This document shows positions 10,382 to 22,844 of a stretch of DNA of 64,000 bases, one piece after another. Source of the stretch: Candidatus Binatia bacterium. Lineage in GTDB: Bacteria; Desulfobacterota; Binatia; UBA9968; JAJDTQ01. Location: assembly GCA_963664535.1 (NCBI GenBank), contig OY761465.1, forward strand, positions 3,565,178-3,629,177, in the 5' to 3' direction. The position numbers and the translations under genes are program-made. Below the pieces are notes generated by a model. It ran no database searches and had not been told where the DNA came from. It worked only from the letters and a program-made list of their open reading frames with translations. The first letter of the stretch is position 1, and the number at the start of each line of letters is the position of its first letter.

Positions 10382-11274
10382 AGTCCACCCACGTCGTTTT
10401 CGTGGCCGGCCGCGTGGCCAGGAGTCTGCGGGGGCTGTTCTGGACGCACCTCATGACCGCCGGCATCATGACCATGACGCTCTCCGTGTTCGGCGGTTTC
10501 CTGCTGGTTGAGGGCAATGTCCGCGAGCTGGTGAGGGGCTGGAGCGAGGATGTCCAGGTGTTCGTCTACCTGGGCGACGGCCTCGACCCGTCCGCCGGGG
10601 AGGCCCTCCGGGCCAGGTTGGCGGCATACCCGGAGGTGAAGTCCGCGCGCTACGTCTCCAAGGCGCGGGCTTGGGAAGAGTTCGGAAACACGCTTGGATC
10701 ACAGTCCGGAATCCTGGAGGGTCTGGACCCGGGGACGCTGCCGGCGTCCGTGGACCTGGAGTTGCGGTCCGGTCACCGCTCGCGCGAAGCCGTGCTTGCG
10801 CTGGTGCGACGTCTGGCGGTCCTGGAAGGCGTCCAGGATGTGGAGTACCCGGAGACGTGGCTGGAGAAGATGCGGCTCCTCATGACGGGCATCGAATGGC
10901 TGAAGTGGACGGTCGGCGGTTTTCTTTTCCTGGTGGCCTTCCTGATCGTCGGCGGCACCATCAAGCTCGCCATCGTTGCGCGGCAGGACGAGATCGAGAT
11001 CATGCAGTTGGTGGGGGCCCCCGACGGCCTGATCAAGGCCCCTTTCGTCATCGAGGGAATGGTTCAGGGATTGGTGGGGGCGGGTTTGGCCCTGGCATTG
11101 CTGCGGGCGGCGTTCTCGCTTCTGACCGCGGACCTCCTGGCCCCTTTCGGCGCACTGATCGCGGGCGAGCAGTTCGTGTTCCTGGGCGCCGCCCAGCACG
11201 TCCATCTCGTTCTCATCGGCTGGCTTTTGGGGACCGCCGGGAGCATGCTGTCGGTGAAGCGGCACTTGGCGTGA
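10378..11274 (+). CDS. ftsX: cell division permease FtsX
   Basis: 298 aa, with an N-terminal TM segment, a periplasmic domain and three C-terminal TM segments; translationally coupled to ftsE. Confidence 0.85.
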
Positions 11275-11307
11275 CGCGGTCGCAGGAAGGTTCTCGCGAA
11301 CACGGTC

Positions 11308-12465
11308 ATGAACTCCAATCGTAACAGCCGTCGTATCGTGGCCGTGGCAGGTCTGTGCCTCTGTCTCACGTATCCCGGACCCGCCGGGGCGGAAGAGGCC
11401 GATGACCTAGCGGAGTTGAAACAGCGTATCCGGCAGGGTCAGGCGACGCTCGAAAGAGTACGGCGCGGGGAGTCCTCGGTCCTGGAGGTCCTGGACGAGA
11501 TCGATGTGGCGCTGGACCGCAAGGCCAGACGGCTCGAGACCCTGAATTCGCGTCTGCGGCAGCGCCGCCGGGATGAGGAGGCGGCGGAAGGAGCCGCCGG
11601 CAAGGCCGCGGCGGCGTTCGAGGAGGGGCGGCAAGCCCTTGCCGGACGAGTGCGGGCGCTCTACCGGTGGCAGCGGGCGGGGACGCCGTTCGTGCTTCTC
11701 AACGGCGAGTTTTCGGTGGCCGAGTTGATGCGGCGCAAACGGCACCTGGAGAACGTGCTGGCCCGGGACCAGGCGCTCATCCGGCGACTTTCGCGCAATC
11801 TCCGCCGAAGCCGGGGCCTCCGAGGGGCGCTCGAGGCCAGGCGGCGGGAGCTTGCGGAGGAGCGTGACGCCGTTGCGGCCTTGCGCGGCGAGCTCACGGA
11901 GGAGCGGGCGCGCAAGCAGCAGACCCTCGACAGCCTGCGGCGGGAGCGCGAGTTTCAGGCACGGGCGTTGAAGGAGCTGGAGCAGGCCGCCCGCCGCCTC
12001 GAGGGGATCATCGACGTTTCCGAGAAGAACCGCGGGCCGGCCTTGAGACCGGCGCCGGGCCTCCCGGCGGCGGGCCGGTGGCTGGAACTTCCGGTGATGG
12101 GCAGGATCGTAAGCGGCTTCGGCATCCACAAGCACCCGGATCTGAACGTCGACGTACACCGTCCGGGGATCGACATCGCGGCGCCCGCGGGCGCCGCGAT
12201 CCGGGCCGTGGAGCGCGGCAGGGTGCTCTTTGCCGACCGGCTCCCGGGTTACGGGCAGATGCTCATCATCGATCACGGCAAGCGACACTACACGGTCTAC
12301 GGGCACCTGTCGAAGCTCGACAAGGCGGTCGGGGACCGAGTGGAGCGGGGCGAGCGGATCGCCTGGGTGGGGGACGGCTCGGCGTCCGGCCAGTCCCGGC
12401 TCTACTTCGAGGTCAGAAAGAACGGCAAGCCGGTGGACCCTGTTCCCTGGTTCCGCCGGTCCTAG
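11308..12465 (+). CDS. envC: murein hydrolase activator EnvC-like (coiled-coil + M23/LytM peptidase domain)
   Basis: Signal peptide, a long R/E-rich coiled coil, and a C-terminal M23 motif (HPGIDIAAPAGAAIRAV...GHLSKL...G..GDGSASGQSRLYFEVR). Confidence 0.8.
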   Translation: MNSNRNSRRIVAVAGLCLCLTYPGPAGAEEADDLAELKQRIRQGQATLERVRRGESSVLEVLDEIDVALDRKARRLETLNSRLRQRRRDEEAAEGAAGKAAAAFEEGRQALAGRVRALYRWQRAGTPFVLLNGEFSVAELMRRKRHLENVLARDQALIRRLSRNLRRSRGLRGALEARRRELAEERDAVAALRGELTEERARKQQTLDSLRREREFQARALKELEQAARRLEGIIDVSEKNRGPALRPAPGLPAAGRWLELPVMGRIVSGFGIHKHPDLNVDVHRPGIDIAAPAGAAIRAVERGRVLFADRLPGYGQMLIIDHGKRHYTVYGHLSKLDKAVGDRVERGERIAWVGDGSASGQSRLYFEVRKNGKPVDPVPWFRRS

Positions 12466-12550
12466 GGCTTCCCGGGGGCGTTCGCGCCCGCGCCGGTTTG
12501 CGGAGAGCGTTCCAGGGCACTAGAATCAATCAGCCGGAGGAAACCATACG

Positions 12551-13861
12551 ATGAAGCTGTGGAATGGAAAACACCGGGCGCTCGGCTGGTTCCTGGTCCT
12601 GGGGTGGGTGCTGTTCGTCGCCGGGCTGCTGGTGCCGCGGGTTTCCGCGGTGGGGCCCGCCGGCTACCAGAGCCTGGAGACCTTCGCCAATATCCTCGCC
12701 ATCGTTCAGAAGAACTATGTCAAGGAGGTCGAAACGGAGAAGCTCGTCACCGGCGCCATCAAGGGCATGCTGACCTCGCTGGATCCCCACAGCGGCTACT
12801 TGACCGAGGCCGCGTACCAGGAACTCCAGACCGAGACCGAGGGTCGTTTCGGCGGCCTGGGACTCGAGATCACCATGCGCAACGGCGTGCTGACCGTGGT
12901 GTCGCCCATCGAGGGCACCCCGGCCTCCCGGGCCGGCGTGCAGCCGGGCGATCAGATCGTCGGCATCGACGATCGGTCCACCGAAGAAATGAGCCTCACC
13001 GACGCCGTCAAGCGGCTCCGGGGCGCCCGCGGCTCCAGCGTGACGATCCTGGTGCGGCGAAAGGACCAGGACAAGCTCCTGACTTTCACCATCGTCCGCG
13101 ACGTCATCGAGATCAGCAGCGTGCGCGCCTACGTCCTGGAGCCCGGGTTCCTTTACGTGCGCATCGCGCAGTTCCAGGACCGCACCGGCGATAACCTCGT
13201 CGCCGCCGTAATCGGGAACCAGCCCGCCGCCGGATCCTTCAAGGGTCTCGTGCTCGACCTGCGCAACAACCCGGGAGGCCTGCTGAGCCAGGCCGTGCGC
13301 GTCTCGGATCTCTTTCTGGACTCCGGCCTGATCGTCTACACCGACGGCCGTCTGGACCAGCAGAAACAGAAGTTCTCCGCCAGCCGCCCCAACTCCAGGA
13401 CCGATTTTCCGATGGTGGTGCTGGTGAACGGCGGCAGCGCGAGCGCCTCCGAGATCGTGGCGGGGGCGCTCCAGGACCACAAGCGGGCGCTGATATTGGG
13501 CACGAAGACCTTCGGCAAGGGGTCCGTGCAGACGATCCTTCCGCTGGACAACCGTTCGGCGCTTCGGCTGACCACGGCGGAGTATTTCACGCCCAACGGC
13601 CGGTCGATACACGAGACCGGCATCCAGCCGGACATCGTCATGGAAGGAAGCGCGCCGGCTCCGCAGGCCGCGAACGCGGAGGGGACGCAGGAGAAAAGCC
13701 CCGGGGAAAGCCCGCCGCCGGCGGTCCCGGGCGGCAAGACCGAGCCGCCGGACAGCGTCGCGCAGAGGGTCAAGAACGATCCCCAGGTGGCGCGGGCGCT
13801 GGAGTTGCTCAAGGGTTGGGAGATGTTCCGCGGGCTGGCCGGGTCGGGCAAGGCCACCTGA
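12551..13861 (+). CDS. ctpA: carboxyl-terminal processing protease (S41 family, PDZ domain)
   Basis: GGLGLEI PDZ region and the S41 catalytic region VVLVNGGSASASEIVAGALQD...TFGKGSVQT. Confidence 0.9.
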   Translation: MKLWNGKHRALGWFLVLGWVLFVAGLLVPRVSAVGPAGYQSLETFANILAIVQKNYVKEVETEKLVTGAIKGMLTSLDPHSGYLTEAAYQELQTETEGRFGGLGLEITMRNGVLTVVSPIEGTPASRAGVQPGDQIVGIDDRSTEEMSLTDAVKRLRGARGSSVTILVRRKDQDKLLTFTIVRDVIEISSVRAYVLEPGFLYVRIAQFQDRTGDNLVAAVIGNQPAAGSFKGLVLDLRNNPGGLLSQAVRVSDLFLDSGLIVYTDGRLDQQKQKFSASRPNSRTDFPMVVLVNGGSASASEIVAGALQDHKRALILGTKTFGKGSVQTILPLDNRSALRLTTAEYFTPNGRSIHETGIQPDIVMEGSAPAPQAANAEGTQEKSPGESPPPAVPGGKTEPPDSVAQRVKNDPQVARALELLKGWEMFRGLAGSGKAT

Positions 13862-13874
13862 GGCGGACGGTCCT

Positions 13875-15101
13875 ATGTCCCGTCTGTTCGTTCGCGAACC
13901 CGAAGCCGGCCCGTCCTCGGTGCTTACGGTCAGCGAGCTGAACGAGATCGTCCGGGACCGGCTGGAGACGGGACTCGGTGCGCTGTGGGTGACGGGCGAG
14001 CTCTCCAACGTGCGTTTTCCTCCCTCCGGACACGTCTACTTCACCCTCAAGGACGCGCAGTCGCAGATGTCCGCGGTGCTGTTCCGCCGTCACGCCGAGG
14101 GCCTGCGGTTCCGGCTGGAAGACGGCATGGAGGTGGTCTGCTCCGGGCGCGTGGGGCTGTACACGGTGCGGGGGGCGCTCCAGTTCTACGCCGTGGAGAT
14201 GGAAGCCCGCGGCAAGGGCGCGCTGACGGTCGCGTTCGAGCAGTTGAAGAAGCGGCTCCTGCAGGAGGGGTTGTTCGACCAGGACCGCAAGAAGCCGCTG
14301 CCGTTCCTGCCGCGGACCGTGGGGATCGTCACGTCGCTTCGAGGCGCGGCCGTGCGGGACATGCTGCGCATCATCGGCGACCGGTTCCCGGACCGGCGGG
14401 TCGTCGTTCGGCCCGTGCGGGTGCAGGGGCCGGGGTCCGCCGAAGAGATCGCCCGGGCGATCCGGGAGCTCGACGAGAGCCGCATGATCGACGTCATGAT
14501 CGTGGGCCGCGGCGGCGGCTCGCTGGAGGACCTCTGGGCCTTCAACGAGGAAGCGGTGGCCCGTGCCATGCACGCCGCGGCGGTTCCCATCGTTTCGGCG
14601 GTGGGACACGAGATCGACGTCACCATCGCGGACTTCGTTGCGGACCGGCGCGCGGCCACCCCCACGGCGGCGGCCGAGATGATCCTGCCGGAGAAAAGTG
14701 GACTGGTGGAGCACGTGGGGTTGCTCGCGCGGCGCCTGCGCCGGGGCACGGACGGCCGGCTGGAACGCCGGCGGGAGAGCCTGCGGCATTGGGCCGGCCG
14801 GCTGGCCGATCCCAGCCGGGGCCTGCGCCAGGGGCAGATGCGCCTGGACGATCTTTCGCTGCGCTTGTGGCGCCGCCAGGAGGATTCGGCGGCGAGGCTG
14901 AGGGAGCGCCTGGGCCATCTCGCGGGAAGACTGGAAAGCGTGAACCCGCTGGCGGTCCTGAGGCGCGGCTACAGTATCGTGTACCGGGTTTCCGACGGCA
15001 GCATCGTCACGGACGCCGCCGCGCTTCGCCGGGGAAATCAAGTGAGGCTGGACTTCGCGGCCGGCCGGGCCGTATGCCGGGTGGAGGAGGTGGACGAATA
15101 G
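13875..15101 (+). CDS. xseA: exodeoxyribonuclease VII large subunit
   Basis: OB-fold N-terminus (LTVSELNEIVRDRLE...VWVTGELSN) and the XseA catalytic core. Confidence 0.9.
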   Translation: MSRLFVREPEAGPSSVLTVSELNEIVRDRLETGLGALWVTGELSNVRFPPSGHVYFTLKDAQSQMSAVLFRRHAEGLRFRLEDGMEVVCSGRVGLYTVRGALQFYAVEMEARGKGALTVAFEQLKKRLLQEGLFDQDRKKPLPFLPRTVGIVTSLRGAAVRDMLRIIGDRFPDRRVVVRPVRVQGPGSAEEIARAIRELDESRMIDVMIVGRGGGSLEDLWAFNEEAVARAMHAAAVPIVSAVGHEIDVTIADFVADRRAATPTAAAEMILPEKSGLVEHVGLLARRLRRGTDGRLERRRESLRHWAGRLADPSRGLRQGQMRLDDLSLRLWRRQEDSAARLRERLGHLAGRLESVNPLAVLRRGYSIVYRVSDGSIVTDAAALRRGNQVRLDFAAGRAVCRVEEVDE

Positions 15102-15146
15102 GCTGGCGCAGGTCGCCGGCGACGTCGCCGTCAGGGGGGATTCAGC

Positions 15147-15404
15147 ATGTCGGAGCAGGACAGGACGCATGACGACAAGAGCTTCGAGGAATGTCTTCGG
15201 GCCCTCGAAGCCGTGGTGGAACGCATCGAGAGCGGAGAACTGAACCTCGAAGAGTCGCTGGCGACCTTCGAAGAGGGAGTGGGGCTGGTCCAGTCCTGCA
15301 ACCGCAAGCTGAGCGAGGTCGAGCGCCGGATCGAGGTGCTGACCAAGGACCCGGACGGCCGCCCCAGGCTGCAGGAATGGACGGAGGAGGAGTCTCCCGA
15401 CTAG
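15147..15404 (+). CDS. xseB: exodeoxyribonuclease VII small subunit
   Basis: 85 aa, FEECLRALEAVVERIESGELNLEESLATFEEGVGLVQSC, the typical XseB sequence. Confidence 0.85.
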   Translation: MSEQDRTHDDKSFEECLRALEAVVERIESGELNLEESLATFEEGVGLVQSCNRKLSEVERRIEVLTKDPDGRPRLQEWTEEESPD

Positions 15405-15434
15405 ACCGCCGGGACCGGGCGGCGAGAGAACGTC

Positions 15435-16253
15435 ATGGCCGTCGCGAAAGGACCGGGGGCGCGAAAGGCTTCGCGCAAGGAACGTCTCGACCGCGTGCTG
15501 GTGGACGCGTCGCTGTGCCGAAGCCGCGAGGAGGCCCAACGGTACATCCTGGCGGGAGCCGTGCTGGTGGACGACGTGCCCGTCACCAAGGCGGGCGCGC
15601 TGGTAAGACGGGATTCCCGGGTGCGCGTCAAGGCTTCCTCGCGTTACGCCAGCCGCGGAGGAGAGAAGCTCGAGGCGGCCCTGGAGCATTACGGCGTGAA
15701 GGCGGCGGGCAGGGCGGCGCTGGACGTGGGAGCGTCCAGCGGCGGTTTCACCGATTGTCTCCTGGCCCGCGGCGCGGCGCGTGTCCACGCCGTGGACGTG
15801 GGTTACGGGCAACTGGATTGGCGGCTCCGGCAGGACCCCCGCGTGGTGGTGCTGGAGCGGACCAATATCCGCCGTCTCGAGCCCGGCGCGTTGGGGGAGA
15901 TGCCGGATCTGGCCGTCGTGGACGTCTCCTTCATCTCGCTGCGGCTGGTCCTCCCGCGGGTGTGCGGCCTGCTGTCCCGTCCGTTCGATATCGTGGCGCT
16001 CATCAAGCCGCAGTTCGAGGTGGGCAAAGGCAAGGTCGGCAAGGGGGGCGTGGTGCGTTCGGAACAGGAACACCGGCGCGTCATCGGCGAGATCGAGGAG
16101 GCGGTGGACGCGCTGGGGCTGACGCGGCGGCCGGTTTTCCGGTCGCCGCTGCTGGGGCCCAAGGGCAACAGGGAGTTCTTCATCCACTGCCGTTCGCGGG
16201 CCGTCCCGGGCCCCGATTCAAATGCCGTTGACGGGGTTGACTTGGATGACTGA
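15435..16253 (+). CDS. tlyA: TlyA-family rRNA 2'-O-methyltransferase (S4 domain + FtsJ-like MTase)
   Basis: RLDRVLVD S4-like N-terminus and LDVGASSGGFTDCLLARGA SAM-binding motif. Confidence 0.85.
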   Translation: MAVAKGPGARKASRKERLDRVLVDASLCRSREEAQRYILAGAVLVDDVPVTKAGALVRRDSRVRVKASSRYASRGGEKLEAALEHYGVKAAGRAALDVGASSGGFTDCLLARGAARVHAVDVGYGQLDWRLRQDPRVVVLERTNIRRLEPGALGEMPDLAVVDVSFISLRLVLPRVCGLLSRPFDIVALIKPQFEVGKGKVGKGGVVRSEQEHRRVIGEIEEAVDALGLTRRPVFRSPLLGPKGNREFFIHCRSRAVPGPDSNAVDGVDLDD

Positions 16254-16293
16254 TTGGCTATAGTTCGACTGACTCAAGGAGTGAACAAAGCCT

Positions 16294-16494
16294 ATGACAG
16301 GGGTTCGAATCAAGGACAACGAGTCCATCGAGAGCGCCATCCGGCGTTTCAAGAAACAGTGCGAGAAAGCCGGAATCCTGGCGGAGCTGCGCAAGCGGGA
16401 ACACTACGAAAAGCCTAGCGTCAAGCGGAAGAGGAAAGCCATCGCAGCCAAGAAGCGTGCCATGAAGCGGGCCCGAAGCCACCAGTGGTATTAG
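16294..16494 (+). CDS. rpsU: 30S ribosomal protein S21
   Basis: 66 aa, [42 protein letters not shown]..., with an aaggagtg RBS. Confidence 0.9.
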   Translation: MTGVRIKDNESIESAIRRFKKQCEKAGILAELRKREHYEKPSVKRKRKAIAAKKRAMKRARSHQWY

Positions 16495-16604
16495 CTGCGA
16501 CCGTGTCCGGGTGGCCATCAAGGCGGTGACCGGCCGAGTTTGATCCGAGACGGGAACGGCGGATTCGCATCGAATCCATAGGCCCGAGAGCGTTCAACTC
16601 CCTA

Positions 16605-17180
16605 TTGGCCGTTGTGAATAGCGTCGACGCAGTGTTGGCAGCAGTCCTGTGCGTGTTCGCCGCAAGGGGGTACGTGAAGGGACTGTTTCGGGAGGTATTC
16701 ACCTTGCTGGGCCTTTCGGCCGGCTTTATCTTTTCCCTGAGTTGCTACCAACAGGTTTCCCTATGGGCGATGGATTCCTGGCCCTATTCTCCGCTCATCC
16801 TGCAAGGCATCGTCTTCGCCGTCCTGTTCCTCTTCGTTTACATCGGGTTCCATTGGGTTGGCCTGATGCTCCACATGTCCGCCAACCTCTTGCATTTTGG
16901 CGGGTTCAACCGTCTTGGGGGCTTGCTGGTGGGCGGCGCCAAGGGTGCCGCTTTGCTGGGCGTGGGGCTGTTCGTCGCCACCGCCCAGGCGTGGATTCCA
17001 CCCAATGTCCAGCGGCACCTTGACGAGGCCGCGATCGTCGAGCCTCTCCACCGCCTCGGCGCCGCGACGGCGGTGTTGGGCCGTTCCCTGAACTGGCCCG
17101 GGGTGTCCATACCGGAAGCACCGGATTTGACCGCGGACGGCCCGCAACCGACGGCTGACCGGCTGCAGGTCGGCGAATGA
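16605..17180 (+). CDS. cvpA: CvpA-family membrane protein (colicin V production protein homolog)
   Basis: N-terminus DAVLAAVLCVFAARGYVKGLFREVFTLLGLSAGF parallels E. coli CvpA. TTG start. The stop overlaps the dnaG ATG. Confidence 0.75.
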   Translation: MAVVNSVDAVLAAVLCVFAARGYVKGLFREVFTLLGLSAGFIFSLSCYQQVSLWAMDSWPYSPLILQGIVFAVLFLFVYIGFHWVGLMLHMSANLLHFGGFNRLGGLLVGGAKGAALLGVGLFVATAQAWIPPNVQRHLDEAAIVEPLHRLGAATAVLGRSLNWPGVSIPEAPDLTADGPQPTADRLQVGE

Positions 17181-18891
17181 TTTCCGACCAGACCACCCAA
17201 GAGGTTCGCACACGGGCCTCCATCGTGGAGGTTGTCTCCGATTACGTCACGCTCAAGAAGGCCGGCCGGAACTACTCCGGGCTGTGCCCCTTCCATTCCG
17301 AAAAGACACCGTCCTTCACGGTCAACGAGGAAAAGGGAATATTCTACTGCTTCGGATGCCAGGCAGGGGGTGACGTCTTCAAGTTCCTGATGCTGTACGA
17401 CGGGCTCACCTTCCCGGAGTCCATCGAACGGCTGGCGGAACGGTACGGCATCCGCGTGGTGTTCTCGGGCCCCGCCGCCGGCGGGCGCGAGACGCGGCGC
17501 GGAGACTTCTACCGGTTGAACGAAAGGGCGGCGGAGCTTTACCATGGGCTGCTGCTGGACCCCTCCAGGGGCGCCCGGGCCAGGGCCTACCTCAACGACC
17601 GCGGGGTGGACGAAGCCCTGTGGCGGCGTTTTCGTCTCGGCTTCGCGCCGGGGGGAGACGTTCTCGCCGGCCGGTTCCGGCACGAAGGCGTTGCGCCGGC
17701 GGACGCGGCGGAGGCGGGGTTGTTGGCGGAGAAGGGGCCGGGCAACTACCGGGACCGGTTTTTCGAGCGCGTCGTCTTCCCCATCACCGAACCGGGCGGC
17801 AAGATCACGGGCTTCGGCGGCCGGGTCATCGGAGAGGGCAGGCCCAAGTACCTCAATTCCCCGGAAACGCCGCTCTTCCACAAGGGCTCGCAGGTCTACG
17901 GCCTGGCGCAGGCCCGGGACGGCATCCGCTCCAACGACCGGGTGGCGGTGGTGGAAGGCTACCTGGACGTGTTGGCCCTGGCGCAGTTCGACGTGACCCA
18001 CGTGGTGGCCACCCTGGGCACGGCTCTGACGGCGGATCATCTGCGGCTTCTGGGGCGCTACACCGGGAATGTCGTGGCGCTGTTCGACGGCGATACTGCG
18101 GGGCGCAACGCCGCGGCCCGGAGCTTCGAGGTCTTTCAGCAGGCCGGTCTCTGGGGGCAGGCCGCGTTCCTGCCGGAGGGCGCGGATCCGGACACGTTCG
18201 TCCGGACCCAGGGCAAGGCGGCGCTGGAACAGGTCCTGGAGCGGGCTGTGCCGATCGTGGACTTCTACCTGAACTGGCTGCGGGACAACCACGGGACCAG
18301 CTTCGCCGGCAAGAGCCGTTTGGCGAGCGAGGTGAGCCGGATGCTCGCCAAGGTGACGAATCCCCTGGATCGGGACCAGTTGGCGCGGCGGGCGGCGGAT
18401 CTCCTGGGTATCCGCGAAGAGTCGCTGCGGCGTCACGCCGGCGGCGCGGGAACCCCGGCGAGCGGCGGGGATGCGGGCCGCCGGGCCCGCGGCGTGGCCA
18501 ACCGTGGGTCCCTCGGCGAAGACCGCGCGGAGTCCGTGCTGGTGACGCTGATGCTGCGGTTCCCGTCGGTGGTGGAGACGCTGCGCGGCCAGAAGATGGA
18601 AAAGCTTGTGACGGAGAAGTGGCGGGAGGTGATCCGGCGGATGCTCGAGGACGGGCAGCCGGAGGTGGGCGTGCTGACCGAGGGTCTGCCTCCCGAGCGC
18701 GTGTCGGAGATCAGTGCGCTGGTGCTGGAAGGACAGGAGATCGACGAGGATGAGCGGGACCGGATGACTGCGGACTGTCTGTTCTTTCTGCAACGACGAT
18801 ACTTGAGGGGGCTCCAGCAGGAACTGCGGAGAGCCATCCGGATCGCGGAAGAGACCAGCGACGATGAGGTCAAGAAAGAGAGGATGCGGCA

Positions 18892-20745
<1,854 letters not shown>

Positions 20746-20796
20746 CGGCCCGTGCGGCCTCGGCGCGCTTCCATCGACCAAACCCGACGCCTTTTC

Positions 20797-20873
20797 GGGC
20801 CCATAGCTCAGTTGGTTAGAGCCACCGGCTCATAACCGGTAGGTCCCTGGTTCGAGTCCAGGTGGGCCCACCA
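20797..20873 (+). tRNA. tRNA-Met (CAT anticodon), CCA encoded
   Basis: gggcccatagctcagttggttagagc...ggCTCATAAcc...ggttcgagtcc...tgggccca + cca. Cloverleaf with a 7-bp acceptor stem GGGCCCA/TGGGCCC and anticodon loop CT-CAT-AA. Confidence 0.85.
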
Positions 20874-20932
20874 TTTCCCCCAAGCAGGAATCCTCACCGG
20901 GACGCAGCAGGAGCGAACTGGTTCGGGAGCCG

Positions 20933-21396
20933 TTGCTCGGCTATATTGAGGAATGTGAGCGGCAGCGACGAAGTCCCAAGCCAGCCGCCCACGCCGACAA
21001 ACTCGATCCCATCCTGGACGCATGCGTTGCGGTGACGTTCCTCGTTCCGAGTTGCCCGCTCCGATTGAGGACGACCTATCGAAGGGGATTCTCGAAACCA
21101 TCGACATGGACAGCTACCGGGTGGAGAAGCAGGCGGTGAGGGACATCCGGCTTCCCGACGAGGACGCGGAGATCGAGCCCGTAATCGCCGACGGCGGTGG
21201 TCAGAAGCCGGAACCCGAGATGGACCGGCCCTCCAGTATCATCCGGGACTTCAATGACCGGTTCGGCAACGTCGAATGGAAGGACCAGGACAAGATCGAG
21301 AAGATAATCTCCGAAGAACTGCCTTTCGCTGCCACCTACGTTGAATCGGCCGCGGCCTCTGATGCCCCGGTGCAGGAGCAGCGGTCACCAGAATGA
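20933..21396 (+). pseudogene. hsdR: remnant of type I restriction enzyme R subunit (HsdR) C-terminal region (~120 aa retained, upstream part lost or frameshifted)
   Basis: ORF 21022..21396 encodes ...ILETIDMDSYRVEKQAVRDIRLPDEDAEIEPVIADGGGQKPEPEMDRPSSIIRDFNDRFGNVEWKDQDKIEKIISEELP, matching the conserved extreme C-terminus of HsdR. There is no helicase or nuclease body upstream. It lies immediately downstream of the tRNA. Confidence 0.5.
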
Positions 21397-21422
21397 CGCA
21401 GCGAACACAGGAGGCACCATAA

Positions 21423-22457
21423 ATGGCCGAGAACTTCGAAGCGGGCATCGAGAACTGCGTGGCGACCTGCGCCAGCGTCGAACGCGGCCAGAGCGTCTAC
21501 ATCGTCACCGAGGAAGGGGTCGCCGACGAGGCGGTGGTGGAGGCGCTGACCGAGTCGGCGCGGGAACGGGGGGCGGATGTCCGTGTCGTGAGCGGCCCCG
21601 TCATCCCCAGGGACCGGCCCGAGGCGATTCCGCCCGCCGTCCTGGACGCCTACGACCGGGCGGACGTGCTGTTCGCCCACTACCCCTCGCTCCAGCGGGA
21701 GGTCCTGCACCCCCATTTCCCCGGAGAGTCGCGGGTGCGTGTTCCGAACCGGGCGCGGACCGTTTCGCTCATGTCCTCGGAGTGGGCGGGCTTTCCCTAC
21801 TCCGTGCAGAGGGCGCTCGCGACGACCCTCGATACCTTGTCGGCGCCGGGAAAGTCGTGGCGCATCACCAGCCCCAACGGCACCGACGTCAAGGGAAGCT
21901 TCGGTTCGCGCGAGAGCACGGTGGCACAGGCCTATTTCGTCGAGGACGAAGGCGGCCGCGCCCGCCGCAACTTCCCCGGCGGCGTGCACAGCCCGGTGGT
22001 GGCGGTGGCCACGGAAGGAGTGATCGTGGCGGACCATATCGCGGGTTTCGGCGGAATGCCGGAATCCGTGCGGTTGGAGCTGAAGGATGGACGCGTGGTC
22101 TCGTTGCAGGGCGGCGACCCGCTGATGCACCAATCGCTTGGCGGCACCGACGGTTTCATCGACTCCTGGCACGCCGGCGTCAATCCCAAGACCATCGTGC
22201 CCATCGCCCGGGCCAAGAACCCCGGGCAGTGGTACAGCTATTCCCACTGCAGCCCGGCGATCGTGCACTTCCACGTGGGACGCTCCCACGATCCCGCGGA
22301 CGTCGCCTGTTTCGACCAGACCATCGAGATCGACGGCCGCACCGTCTACGACGGGGGAGGGCTGACCATCTGGGACGAGCCGGAGGTCGACAACGCCGTC
22401 AAAACCTCCGGGATGGTCGGCTCGATGATGGTGAATACGCCCATGACGCTGAGCTGA
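21423..22457 (+). CDS. M29 aminopeptidase-like / NicX (2,5-dihydroxypyridine dioxygenase)-like family protein
   Basis: 344-aa ORF with good codon bias and an aggcaccataa RBS-like sequence. The family call is from overall resemblance only. Confidence 0.4.
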   Translation: MAENFEAGIENCVATCASVERGQSVYIVTEEGVADEAVVEALTESARERGADVRVVSGPVIPRDRPEAIPPAVLDAYDRADVLFAHYPSLQREVLHPHFPGESRVRVPNRARTVSLMSSEWAGFPYSVQRALATTLDTLSAPGKSWRITSPNGTDVKGSFGSRESTVAQAYFVEDEGGRARRNFPGGVHSPVVAVATEGVIVADHIAGFGGMPESVRLELKDGRVVSLQGGDPLMHQSLGGTDGFIDSWHAGVNPKTIVPIARAKNPGQWYSYSHCSPAIVHFHVGRSHDPADVACFDQTIEIDGRTVYDGGGLTIWDEPEVDNAVKTSGMVGSMMVNTPMTLS

Positions 22458-22500
22458 CCGTCGCGGTAATCCGGGGGTGGGAGGGGTAGTGGCTCCGCCC

Positions 22501-22690
22501 TCACGCCTCCCCCAGGTAGAGTCTCCTGGCGTTGTCCCGGGTGATCTTGCGCACCACCGCCTCGTCGATGCCGGCCATCTCGCGCTCGACCGTTTCATGT
22601 GAATACGGCCATACCGAATCACCGTGCGGATAGTCCGATGCCCATAGGACGGTGTCCGCGCCCAGCTCGTCCAACAGCTTCAGCCCCGTG
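22501..22690 (-). pseudogene. C-terminal remnant (~60 aa) of an amidohydrolase-2 family gene
   Basis: LKLLDELGADTVLWASDYPHGDSVWPYSHETVEREMAGIDEAVVRKITRDNARRLYLGE is the conserved C-terminus of PF04909 amidohydrolases. The upstream part of the listed ORF has no homology or coherent frame. Confidence 0.45.
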
Positions 22691-22844
22691 CCGGATGACC
22701 CTTCGTCAATCCGGCCTACGGCGTTCCGGGACGCCCTGTCCCGATCACCGCCGCATTGCCCGAAAGGTCGCCGGCTGGTAGCCTCGGCTCCCGGACAGAA
22801 CGCCGGCGGATCCATCCGGCGCGGCCGCGCACAACCAAGGAGGC

